Origin: Acidobacteriota bacterium
GTDB taxonomy: Bacteria > Acidobacteriota > Terriglobia > Bryobacterales > Bryobacteraceae
Length of the DNA: 64,000 bases
Direction of reading: 5' to 3'
Assembly (NCBI GenBank): GCA_023436715.1
Contig: JAEZIJ010000204.1
Span: forward strand, 3,548 to 67,547
Positions 55,070-62,703 of this stretch are shown here, piece by piece. A program made the translations under genes and the position numbers. The notes below the pieces were generated by a model that was not told the DNA's origin, made no database searches, and worked only from the letters and a program-made list of their open reading frames with translations. Numbering within the stretch: position 1 is the stretch's first letter; each line of letters starts with the position of its first letter.

Positions 55070-55249
55070 TCACTCTCCTATCCCGAGTTTCTTCAGAATC
55101 GCATAGTACGTGCCCGTCGCAATTTCTTTGGACGGGTGGCGCGGCATTTCAGTCCGCTTGCCGTTGTACTCGACGACGAGATGGCGCGTGCCCTGCTCGA
55201 ACGTGCATCCCAGCTTCGTCAGTTTCCGCTTAAGTTCGCTCGCCGTCAT
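55070..55249 (-). CDS. hicA: HicA-family mRNA interferase toxin
   Basis: Own translation: MTASELKRKLTKLGCTFEQGTRHLVVEYNGKRTEMPRHPSKEIATGTYYAILKKLGIGE (59 aa, below the track cutoff). It ends 3 nt upstream of hicB. Confidence 0.85.
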   Translation of the reverse strand: MTASELKRKLTKLGCTFEQGTRHLVVEYNGKRTEMPRHPSKEIATGTYYAILKKLGIGE

Positions 55250-55291
55250 GTTTTAATGATACGCAACTTTGCTTACTGAGTCAAGCGAAAA

Positions 55292-55609
55292 GTGAGCAAA
55301 AATGCTAACTTTTTTTGCCTGGAGTCGAGGCTTTCCGAGGGGTCACTTTTGCGGAGAACGGCTGAAAGCGCGGCGCTGAGTGGGGTGGGCCGTGTTCCTC
55401 GCGTGGCCCTCTGCACGCGGATCGAGCGCGGGATCACGATATGGGATGACGGCGAGCGCCGGCGGTGGAAATGCCCCGAGTGCGGATGGTGGAACGACTG
55501 GGGCGCGGCGTGCCGCTGCGGGCGGGCGGACGGCCACACCGAGGAGCCCTCCTCGCTCGATTCGTGTCAACCCCAGTTGCCACGGCGCTCGTTGCGTAAA
55601 GCGGGCTAA
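55292..55609 (+). CDS. possible small zinc-ribbon protein (true start probably internal)
   Basis: WKCPECGWWNDWGAACRCG. GC3 is high only from about 55400 onward; the first ~35 codons look non-coding. Confidence 0.35.
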   Translation: MSKNANFFCLESRLSEGSLLRRTAESAALSGVGRVPRVALCTRIERGITIWDDGERRRWKCPECGWWNDWGAACRCGRADGHTEEPSSLDSCQPQLPRRSLRKAG

Positions 55610-55650
55610 GCCGTGGCCTGCGCTGGCTCCAGGGAGCCGGCACAGAAAGC

Positions 55651-56394
55651 CTACTCTCCCACCCGCCAATGAAAGTTGAACGTGACGTCGGCGGCCTTCT
55701 TCACCGGCTGCCCATTGCAGCTCGCGGGCCGCATCTTCCACCGCGCCAGGTTCTCGCGTATCAGCCGTTCGTACTCCGCTTGCCAGTCGAGCCCGCGCAC
55801 CACTGGGCCGGGCTGCACCTCGGCAGGATGGAACGAAACGGGCGTGACGCGGCCGGAATCGTCCACCACGATGCCCACCGTGATCCGCGCCGGTGGTCCG
55901 CGGCGGTCATCGGGTGAGGGCGGCTTGTATATCACAACCGGGTCTGAGCATCCGGGCGCCGGGCCTGGCTCCTGCCTGCCCTCCACGTCGAAGCGGAATC
56001 GCACCGCAGCCGCGACCGCCGTACGCTGGCCTCCGCACACGGCCGGCTCGAAGCGCGAATTCTCAAGCACGGCGCGGGCGATGGCCTTGTACACGTCGCC
56101 GTAGACCCCTTCCTCTGTGTTCCCGCTGATCCCTTGCGCCCGCAGCGCGCGCCAGCGGCCGAACGGCAGATGCGTGTTGAGTGTGCCCGTGATGCGCGGG
56201 ATTCCGGAATCGCCGATGACCACCTCGAAGTCCACGTAGTACGAGGCGTCCGTGAAATGCGGCGCGAGGGCCAGCGTGCGGACCACCGGCGGCTCGCAGT
56301 TCGGGCCGGGATACGTGACTCCGCGGATGTCCAGGGCTGTCGAATCGGCCTGAAGGATGGCCGCCGAGAACACGATCAAGGTCAATGCGCGCAT
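55651..56394 (-). CDS. secreted protein with two TonB-C-terminal-like modules
   Basis: Signal peptide MRALTLIVFSAAILQA. Two segments end in ..AAAVRFRFDV and ..AADVTFNFHW, similar to TonB_C beta-strand endings. Confidence 0.55.
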   Translation of the reverse strand: MRALTLIVFSAAILQADSTALDIRGVTYPGPNCEPPVVRTLALAPHFTDASYYVDFEVVIGDSGIPRITGTLNTHLPFGRWRALRAQGISGNTEEGVYGDVYKAIARAVLENSRFEPAVCGGQRTAVAAAVRFRFDVEGRQEPGPAPGCSDPVVIYKPPSPDDRRGPPARITVGIVVDDSGRVTPVSFHPAEVQPGPVVRGLDWQAEYERLIRENLARWKMRPASCNGQPVKKAADVTFNFHWRVGE

Positions 56395-56837
56395 TGCTCC
56401 CCTTGTTGAGATATCGCCGCCCGCGCAACCGTGCGGATGCCAGCCACGGACCGCACCAGCGCCCCGGTACGCACCGGACTCACGCCGATTGCATTGAGCG
56501 CCATCTGGATCCGCATGCCCGCCATGGCCAGTTCGAACTTCATCCGCGAGCGCACGAGCGCGCGGGTGAGGTCGGGACGGTCAACCGGCGACGTCAGCAT
56601 GAGCGCCTTGGCCGCACTCTCCAGGGAACCGTAGTCGCTCCGGACGCGCCGCAGAAGCGCCCGCAATTCTCGCCGGCACTCGCATGGCGTCAGCAATTCC
56701 AGCTTTGAAAGATCCCCGCCCAGTTCGGCCGGAAGCTCCTGTTGCCCTGGTACCGGACTGGACACAACCGCCCGCAACAGAAAGGCGAAGGCCCCGCCGA
56801 TTAGCGCGGCCCCGCCAAGCACCAGTAAGACCATCAT
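56382..56837 (-). CDS. N-terminally membrane-anchored hypothetical protein
   Basis: MMVLLVLGGAALIGGAFAFLL anchor. 13-nt overlap with the downstream gene. Confidence 0.5.
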   Translation of the reverse strand: MMVLLVLGGAALIGGAFAFLLRAVVSSPVPGQQELPAELGGDLSKLELLTPCECRRELRALLRRVRSDYGSLESAAKALMLTSPVDRPDLTRALVRSRMKFELAMAGMRIQMALNAIGVSPVRTGALVRSVAGIRTVARAAISQQGEQCAH

Positions 56838-56864
56838 GGGGTGATGCCCTTGAAAGGAGTTGTC

Positions 56865-56987
56865 ATGAGGATTCTGCTTGCTGCTATCACGTTTGCCCTG
56901 CTCGGCATCGGAACTTGGAGCGGCATGGTTGCCACCGGCGATAACCCGCCGCCGCGCTGCCCCCCGGTGTGCGAACGCGCCAACTAA
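56865..56987 (+). CDS. possible 40-aa signal-peptide-bearing Cys peptide
   Basis: Own translation: MRILLAAITFALLGIGTWSGMVATGDNPPPRCPPVCERAN. GAAAGGAG RBS 6 nt upstream. Confidence 0.3.
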   Translation: MRILLAAITFALLGIGTWSGMVATGDNPPPRCPPVCERAN

Positions 56988-57775
56988 CCCATAAACCCCA
57001 CCAGGAAGGCGTTCCTCTTATCGCTGCGGGGCGCCTTCCTGACTTCTGCCAGATTCCTCGAGAGTCGCCTCCCCGACTCCAGCATCCGATCGCACTCCTC
57101 TTCCGTGATGAGCGGCTCCTCCTCGTATCGCTCCCCCTCGGGCACGATTCCTAAGCACCAGAACACATAGCAGACCATCGTCAGGCCCACCAGTGGGAAC
57201 GAGGCCGCTACGGGCATGTCGAGGTTGAGCAGCACGAGCCCCGCCAACTGCGACAGGAAGTACAGTTTGAGGATGCGTATGTGCCGAATCACGTTGGCTG
57301 GCACGTTCATCTGGAATGACCGCAGGAACCCTGCTCCCAGAAGCAGAAACAAGAATACGATCCCAACGAACTGGCGGGCAAGGAAGACGATCCGCGGGGC
57401 ACCGTCCCATCCAATTACCCCGACGCTCTGCGTGGAGAGGACGGCCGCTACAGCGAGCACCACGAAGACGGCCGCCATCACTACTCCCCCACGTCCCACC
57501 CGGTAGAACTTCCCGAGCCTACCGAACGCAGCCAAGGCCACTACGGAGTAGACCGCAATCAAGAACGGCTCCGAGTCGAACCATTGGTGATTGTACTCTC
57601 CTGCCCCTCCGCGCCAGAGCGCTATCCGCTGCCATGCCGCGCTCGCCAGATTCACGGTTACCAGGAGGACTAACTCCCAGTACCGACCGGCGAGCCGGCG
57701 CCTGAACAGCAGCACTAGACACAGCAGTTTTACAGCGATGTTTGCGTACCAAAGGTCGAAGATGAATGCGTTCAT
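56984..57775 (-). CDS. polytopic membrane protein (263 aa, ~6-7 TM), third gene of the repressor operon
   Basis: Start at MNAFIFDLWYANIAVKLLCLVLLF (57775), sharing one base with the upstream stop. Hydrophobic spans throughout, with an acidic cytoplasmic tail. Confidence 0.65.
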   Translation of the reverse strand: MNAFIFDLWYANIAVKLLCLVLLFRRRLAGRYWELVLLVTVNLASAAWQRIALWRGGAGEYNHQWFDSEPFLIAVYSVVALAAFGRLGKFYRVGRGGVVMAAVFVVLAVAAVLSTQSVGVIGWDGAPRIVFLARQFVGIVFLFLLLGAGFLRSFQMNVPANVIRHIRILKLYFLSQLAGLVLLNLDMPVAASFPLVGLTMVCYVFWCLGIVPEGERYEEEPLITEEECDRMLESGRRLSRNLAEVRKAPRSDKRNAFLVGFMG

Positions 57776-58242
57776 CAGGCCGCCATTGGCTCCATCAGGT
57801 TGAGCAACTGGTTGATGTGACGGGCCTCTGAGTGCCCAGCGTTTCGGAGGGCCGCCGCGGGCAGTAGGGCCGCCCAGTGGTACCACATAGAGATCCCTTG
57901 CGCGGCCACTTTTCCCACACGGGACCATTGCCCAGAGAGCGGTACACTTCGCATCCCGCAGGCTATGCAGGATCGAATGTCACGGGCCTGCTCGGTCAAA
58001 AAAGCGCCCGGTGCCCGGTGGAAGTACGCGATGTGCAGGTCCAGGCGCGACGGTTCGCGCCTGTCGATTGAAATTACCCTGCCCGCCGACAAGCGTTCAG
58101 CGAGCGCCACTGTGCCCTCAAGCGCCTCGCTTGCGGCGAGGTATAGCTCGCAGAGCGCGATGATGTTCTGACGCAGATCCTTCTGTTCCGGGGCTTCCGC
58201 CACCGCCCGAAGGCTCCTCAGTCTTTCTAGCACTAGCCTCAT
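57775..58242 (-). CDS. soluble hypothetical protein (155 aa), second gene of the repressor operon
   Basis: Track ORF. GC3 favours this frame over the overlapping tail of the RHH ORF. Confidence 0.6.
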   Translation of the reverse strand: MRLVLERLRSLRAVAEAPEQKDLRQNIIALCELYLAASEALEGTVALAERLSAGRVISIDRREPSRLDLHIAYFHRAPGAFLTEQARDIRSCIACGMRSVPLSGQWSRVGKVAAQGISMWYHWAALLPAAALRNAGHSEARHINQLLNLMEPMAA

Positions 58243-58558
58243 CTGTCATTCTCTTTTTTCGGAGTCGCACTACCCCCAGAATGCTCCGGACACTCCCCCG
58301 AGCGATTTCGATCGCCTCATTGTCCTCCAGGGCTGCAAGCTCATCAATGAGCCGATGCAGCTCTTGGACCTTAGGGTCTCCTTTGCGGTCCTGTGCGATA
58401 GTACTGGCTTCCCCTGCTGGTACTGGTCGTGACAGATAAGCGTTCCACATTTCCCGAACCAGGTCGCGGATCGTAATGTCGCGGTCCACTGCTGCCCGCT
58501 TGATCGCTCTTTTGTCCTCTTCATAGACGGTCAGTGAGAGGCTACCCGGTTCTGGCAT
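58118..58558 (-). CDS. ribbon-helix-helix (CopG/Arc-like) putative prophage repressor
   Basis: LSLTVYEEDKRAIKRAAVDRDITIRDLVREMWNAYL is a beta-strand/helix/helix RHH pattern. It diverges from the operator array. The last ~40 codons have poor GC3. Confidence 0.65.
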   Translation of the reverse strand: MPEPGSLSLTVYEEDKRAIKRAAVDRDITIRDLVREMWNAYLSRPVPAGEASTIAQDRKGDPKVQELHRLIDELAALEDNEAIEIARGSVRSILGVVRLRKKRMTDEASARKTEEPSGGGGSPGTEGSASEHHRALRAIPRRKRGA

Positions 58559-58581
58559 GAATTTATTTTTCCTTTCGTTTC

Positions 58582-58651
58582 AGACGAATACGCGTCTTTT
58601 GCGAGACGAATATGCGTCTTTCTCAAAATTCGTCTTGACGAGTATTCGTCT
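58582..58651. promoter_or_regulatory. three-site operator array, consensus AGACG-N6-CGTCT, in the divergent immunity region
   Basis: AGACGAATACGCGTCT (58582-58597), AGACGAATATGCGTCT (58604-58619) and TGACGAGTATTCGTCT (58636-58651). TTGACG (58635-58640), 17 nt, then TACCAT (58658-58663) could be the rightward promoter. Confidence 0.65.
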
Positions 58652-58689
58652 TTCCGTTACCATTCCAACTGTGAACTGGTTAACGGAAC

Positions 58690-58947
58690 ATGCAAGCCGA
58701 TAATAGCAAAACCGAAATCAAGGCAGCGCAGAAAATCTTCGCAGCCAACCCCGGTTCGGCATATCAGCTCGCCAAGGAACTTGAGGACGCCCTCGGCTTC
58801 TGGCCGCTGCCGCTCATCTCCATGATTCTCTCGGGGGCGCGGCGCGGACGTTCCGGCAAGTCCAAGACGGTCCTGGAGGCGATCCTGAAGCGCGCCTCTG
58901 AAATCAAAGACCGCAAACCACGCTCTCCAAAAGCCAGCAGGAGTTGA
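58690..58947 (+). CDS. first gene of the rightward early operon (Cro-position), hypothetical
   Basis: Track ORF of 85 aa, starting 39 nt after the third operator. Confidence 0.55.
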   Translation: MQADNSKTEIKAAQKIFAANPGSAYQLAKELEDALGFWPLPLISMILSGARRGRSGKSKTVLEAILKRASEIKDRKPRSPKASRS

Positions 58948-59288
58948 TTCACATGAATGAGATTAATCGCAAGCCGCCTGGACGGGAAGAAGGAATTTTC
59001 AAAGCCTCTCAAAACACAAATGAAAGAGGGGCTGTAATCGACCGTCTGGCGGTGAGTCCGGAACTGAAACGTTCCATTGTCCGGTCCATTCTGAAGCTCA
59101 GAAAGAGCCTGAAGGCCACACAGTTCGCCACCCGTGCCAACGGACGCGCGCTGCCGCAAGACCTCATTCTCAAAGTTCTTATCGAGTACATGCAGGACGA
59201 CAAACAGGCCGAACTGAAGCGCGCGCAGATTCAGGCAGAGTACGAAAAAGCTAACCTGCGCCGGGCGCTATCGAAGAGGACAGCATGA
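58944..59288 (+). CDS. phage hypothetical protein
   Basis: Track ORF. AT-richer than neighbours, basic and helical. Confidence 0.5.
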   Translation: MIHMNEINRKPPGREEGIFKASQNTNERGAVIDRLAVSPELKRSIVRSILKLRKSLKATQFATRANGRALPQDLILKVLIEYMQDDKQAELKRAQIQAEYEKANLRRALSKRTA

Positions 59289-59509
59289 CGAGCGCATCTG
59301 CCGTTTCCCTGTTGGTCCTGCTGACAATGGTGGCCGCAAACAGCGGCACTCGCGGCCACCATTTTGTGACGCCCGAGGCGGCACTGCCGTTCATCTTCGT
59401 CGCCGCTGCCTGGGCGCTGCTCAGCATCGCGCTCGGCGCACTCAAAGGAAAGCGCGGCCCCAGGCCGCAGGGCCGCCCAGACCCGCGGACGGATCGGAAG
59501 GCAATATGA
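59285..59509 (+). CDS. small two-TM membrane protein
   Basis: SAVSLLVLLTMVAA and LPFIFVAAAWALLSIALGAL hydrophobic spans. Confidence 0.5.
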   Translation: MTSASAVSLLVLLTMVAANSGTRGHHFVTPEAALPFIFVAAAWALLSIALGALKGKRGPRPQGRPDPRTDRKAI

Positions 59510-59637
59510 CACCCATCGGGCAAGGCTTGATTCTCACGCTGCTGATTCTTTTCTTCGCAGCCGGCATCGTGTCTGCCGTGCGCAGTGGAGTGCGGCGGCG
59601 CGCGATTGGCGAGCGCGGGTACTGGGGGCGCATATGA
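59506..59637 (+). CDS. small single-TM protein, 43 aa
   Basis: Own translation: MTPIGQGLILTLLILFFAAGIVSAVRSGVRRRAIGERGYWGRI. ATGA overlap upstream. Confidence 0.4.
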   Translation: MTPIGQGLILTLLILFFAAGIVSAVRSGVRRRAIGERGYWGRI

Positions 59638-60014
59638 GCGGACATACACCGGGACCGTGGAGCGCGTGGTTCCACGAGGACGATGGGCGCAATTCCATGT
59701 CTTCATGCTTCGCGGTAGTCGCCTCCGGTGACCTAGAGATCGCACTCCTTGATGTGCGTGAGTACGAGGAATCGGACGATTGGGATGCTCTACACGCACG
59801 GCATCCGATTGCTGAGGCCAACGCCAACTTGATGGCGGCGGCCCCCGACCTTTACTCCCTCCTCAGCGGCATTCGCCAGATGTTCCGCACCGACCGGGAC
59901 GCGATGACCGCGGAAGAGAAGGCCACGGCTGGTCGGATGGCAAGCATGGAAGACGGCCAAATGGCTGCACTGATTGCGAAGGTGCTTGCCAAGGCCGAAG
60001 GAGTGAACCAATGA
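59634..60014 (+). CDS. phage hypothetical protein
   Basis: Track ORF. MSGHTPGPW..ANANLMAAAPDLY pattern, recurrent in phage early proteins. Confidence 0.55.
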   Translation: MSGHTPGPWSAWFHEDDGRNSMSSCFAVVASGDLEIALLDVREYEESDDWDALHARHPIAEANANLMAAAPDLYSLLSGIRQMFRTDRDAMTAEEKATAGRMASMEDGQMAALIAKVLAKAEGVNQ

Positions 60015-60823
60015 CCCTCTCCGCCTCGGCGCGAAAGGCAGCGGAGAAGCTCCATGAACTAATTGGCGTATACAACCTTGGGCGCCCAATCATGCTCCCG
60101 GCGGTCGAGCGTAGTGCCGAAGTCATCCAGTCCGCAATCTCTGAGAGTGAGGCGGAACAAGCGAGGAATAGAGCTATGACAACCGAACAGATTCACACCG
60201 TCTGCTCCGCCCTTGAGAACGCGGCCAGGTTACTCAATATAGCGGCCCAGGCGATGGATCCGAAGGACGACACGCCTCCGGTTCCCCAGATCCCCGAGAA
60301 GTATGCCGGCGAGTTTGCGCATGAGGAGAAGCCGCGGTACTCCGAGCCGAGGGAAGGCGAGTGGTTTCTTTGCCAGAACTCCAAAGGTAAGCCTATCGAT
60401 GAAGTGCTCCAGGGGGGCGCGTGGACGTGGAGCTTTGGCAAGCGCTGGATTCTCCGTCGTCTCCCCGCCCGCCCACCGATGCCCGCGCCGGCCAATGAGT
60501 GCTGGTGGTCGGAGAGCGAGAAGCGGTGGATCACGGTGGAGGACGTGTACCGCAAGCCTCTGGCGGAACTAAGTCCGCCTGATGGATGGGGGTTCGCGGA
60601 ATTCCTCCCGCCTCGCTACCACGAACGCTTTTTTCACTACTGCAACGGTGAGGCGAGGCTAGTTATCTGTGTATGGAACCACCTACACCCTCGCCTCATC
60701 CTCCGCCCCGCGCCGAAACGGAAGCGGCTGGTGGTTGAGCCATGCGCGCCTGGAGAGGTCGGACACATGGTGTCGCTCGGCGGCTCGGTCAGCAGCGTGT
60801 ATCGCATCGTGGAGGAACTGTGA
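60011..60823 (+). CDS. phage hypothetical protein
   Basis: Track ORF with ATGA overlap. Confidence 0.55.
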   Translation: MTLSASARKAAEKLHELIGVYNLGRPIMLPAVERSAEVIQSAISESEAEQARNRAMTTEQIHTVCSALENAARLLNIAAQAMDPKDDTPPVPQIPEKYAGEFAHEEKPRYSEPREGEWFLCQNSKGKPIDEVLQGGAWTWSFGKRWILRRLPARPPMPAPANECWWSESEKRWITVEDVYRKPLAELSPPDGWGFAEFLPPRYHERFFHYCNGEARLVICVWNHLHPRLILRPAPKRKRLVVEPCAPGEVGHMVSLGGSVSSVYRIVEEL

Positions 60824-61302
60824 AGCTAACCACGGAAGATTGCATCCGGATGCACGCGCTCGGCATAGCCGTGGACGAACAGGACGCTGCCGCCGAACCC
60901 ACCACGCGCGAGATCATCGACCGAGCGGAAGAGGCCTGCCGGGAGGCGCGGGAGCGGACGCGGCGGCGCTTCTCGCTGGAGAACGGCGAAAGGGATTGCC
61001 GCATGCTCCGGCCCCGCATCTCGGCCGATTCGCTGGCCGAGGTGATCGAGCATGACGGCATGACCTGGGTTCCTGAGAAGGAATACCGCCGCGCCCTCAA
61101 CGATAACCGCGTGGCCCTGACGCACAACTCCTATCTCGCCTCGGAGCGGGACCGCTACCGGAGCGAATTGGACCGGGTGCTGGAATTAACGCCAAGCGAC
61201 GAGTTGCGGCGAGCGAAGAAGGACCGCCGATTCTGGCGCGTCACGGCGCTGGTCTGCATCGGGCTTTTCATGCTCGTCGTGATGATGGGGTGCCGGGGAT
61301 GA
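60820..61302 (+). CDS. phage hypothetical protein with a C-terminal TM helix
   Basis: GTG at 60820. WRVTALVCIGLFMLVVMMG tail. Confidence 0.5.
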   Translation: MKLTTEDCIRMHALGIAVDEQDAAAEPTTREIIDRAEEACREARERTRRRFSLENGERDCRMLRPRISADSLAEVIEHDGMTWVPEKEYRRALNDNRVALTHNSYLASERDRYRSELDRVLELTPSDELRRAKKDRRFWRVTALVCIGLFMLVVMMGCRG

Positions 61303-61487
61303 AGCACCTCACCAAAATCGGATCGCGATTCGTGGACCTGTCGGCAATCACGCGCATTCAGCAGGACGGCGAAAGCCTGACGGTGTTCTTCCGCGATGGG
61401 CAGGCGCCGTGGGGATTCACAGGCAAGGAGGCACACGCTCTCGGGGCGGCGGTTCTCGATGCGATGGCGGGAGGGCGGGAGAGATGA
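61299..61487 (+). CDS. small phage hypothetical protein
   Basis: ATG at 61299 (ATGA overlap). MKHLTKIGSRFVDLSAITRIQQDG.. Confidence 0.5.
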   Translation: MKHLTKIGSRFVDLSAITRIQQDGESLTVFFRDGQAPWGFTGKEAHALGAAVLDAMAGGRER

Positions 61488-62230
61488 GCGGAAACCTTGA
61501 GAATTCCATGGTCCTGCCGGAGCGCAAGTATGACGCCGGCACCTGCGTCAATTGCGGAACGCAGTTCCAGAGCAGTTTCCGACCCCAACGCGACGAGGAC
61601 GGCCATCCGGATTGCCACATCTACACCGGCTCCTGCGCCGATTGCAGCGAGAGCCTGTGCGACTACTGCCGGGAGAACGGCGCGGCCCATATCTGCGCCG
61701 ACGGCAAGACGCGCTGCGCGAAGTGCGCGGCGAAATGCGACCTGTGCGGGGAATGGCACGCGCGGGCCGAAGTCAAGGATTACACGGACCACGCGACCGG
61801 GGCGAAGATCCTGGCGTGCGTGGGGTGTATTGAGAGTCAGCGGGAGGAAAAGATGGAAAAGGAACGCGAGAAGCGCATTCAGGCATTGCGCGAGACGGCA
61901 GACTTTCTGGAGGCGCATCCGGAGATCCCGGCACCTTCGGTGGTGGAGCACTTCGTGTGGGGAGAGAAGGAGTTCCGTACTTTCTTGGGGCTCATCGACG
62001 GAATTCCGCATACACGAAAATCCGACAGCAATTACCTCAAGCTGGAGTTCACGCTCCCCGGCGGCGGGGTGTACGGCATCAGCTACGGCCCGCCGCTGGC
62101 GAAAGCGCCCGAGCCGCAGTGGCCGGAGCCGATCCACAAGCAGAACGATATCAGGTCCGCAGTGCAGAACGATATCAGATCCGCAGTGCCTCTGCCGGGT
62201 ATGTATCCGGCGCCCTCGGGGGTCAGGTAA
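61484..62230 (+). CDS. Cys-rich phage protein (multiple CxxC pairs)
   Basis: CVNCG, CADCSESLCDYC, CAKCAAKCDLCG and CVGC. Contains the 24-bp tandem duplication (QNDIRSAV x2). Confidence 0.55.
   Translation: MSGNLENSMVLPERKYDAGTCVNCGTQFQSSFRPQRDEDGHPDCHIYTGSCADCSESLCDYCRENGAAHICADGKTRCAKCAAKCDLCGEWHARAEVKDYTDHATGAKILACVGCIESQREEKMEKEREKRIQALRETADFLEAHPEIPAPSVVEHFVWGEKEFRTFLGLIDGIPHTRKSDSNYLKLEFTLPGGGVYGISYGPPLAKAPEPQWPEPIHKQNDIRSAVQNDIRSAVPLPGMYPAPSGVR
62141..62188 (+). repeat. 24-bp tandem duplication (2 copies, 1 mismatch)
   Basis: CAGAACGATATCAGGTCCGCAGTG / CAGAACGATATCAGATCCGCAGTG. Confidence 0.95.
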
Positions 62231-62701
62231 ATGGAACCTTTCGCCCTGAATCCTGGAACTGCGAACGTGCTTCACGAGGCCGCGCTCGCAGCGCAAACGG
62301 CCGAAATGGAGCGGCTCCGGCCCTCCATGCAGTTGCGCCCGCGGTTGTTCATCGACGGTAACCAGTGGTGCGCGCTGTACGGAGAGAACCTTCAGGACGG
62401 CGTGGCCGGGTTTGGCAACAGCCCGCACGAGGCCATGCTGGACTTCGACAAAGAGTGGCACCAGGCCTTGGCGAAGCGGAGTGCTGGCGTTCCGCAAGTG
62501 CCGCCCCAGCAGGACGATGGCGAGCCGTCGAGCCCGCAGGAGCGCATCACCAAGCTCGAGACCGCGCTCAAGGACGTGTTCGACATCCTGGGGCGCCGGG
62601 AGTTGAACCCGAGCAACTACACGCACGATGAAGCCTGCGAGTTGAACGCCGACTGTATCGAGGCGTACATGCTCGTCAAGGGCGTGCTGGAGGGCAACTA
62701 G
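62231..62701 (+). CDS. phage hypothetical protein
   Basis: Track ORF. Confidence 0.55.
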   Translation: MEPFALNPGTANVLHEAALAAQTAEMERLRPSMQLRPRLFIDGNQWCALYGENLQDGVAGFGNSPHEAMLDFDKEWHQALAKRSAGVPQVPPQQDDGEPSSPQERITKLETALKDVFDILGRRELNPSNYTHDEACELNADCIEAYMLVKGVLEGN

Positions 62702-62703
62702 CC

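Noticed and set aside
58118-58242. The C-terminal ~40 codons of the RHH ORF as genuine coding sequence.
   Set aside because: GC3 collapses in this frame, while the overlapping 155-aa ORF frame looks coding. There is no earlier stop, so the coordinates were kept. The tail is probably a read-through artefact of the overlap.
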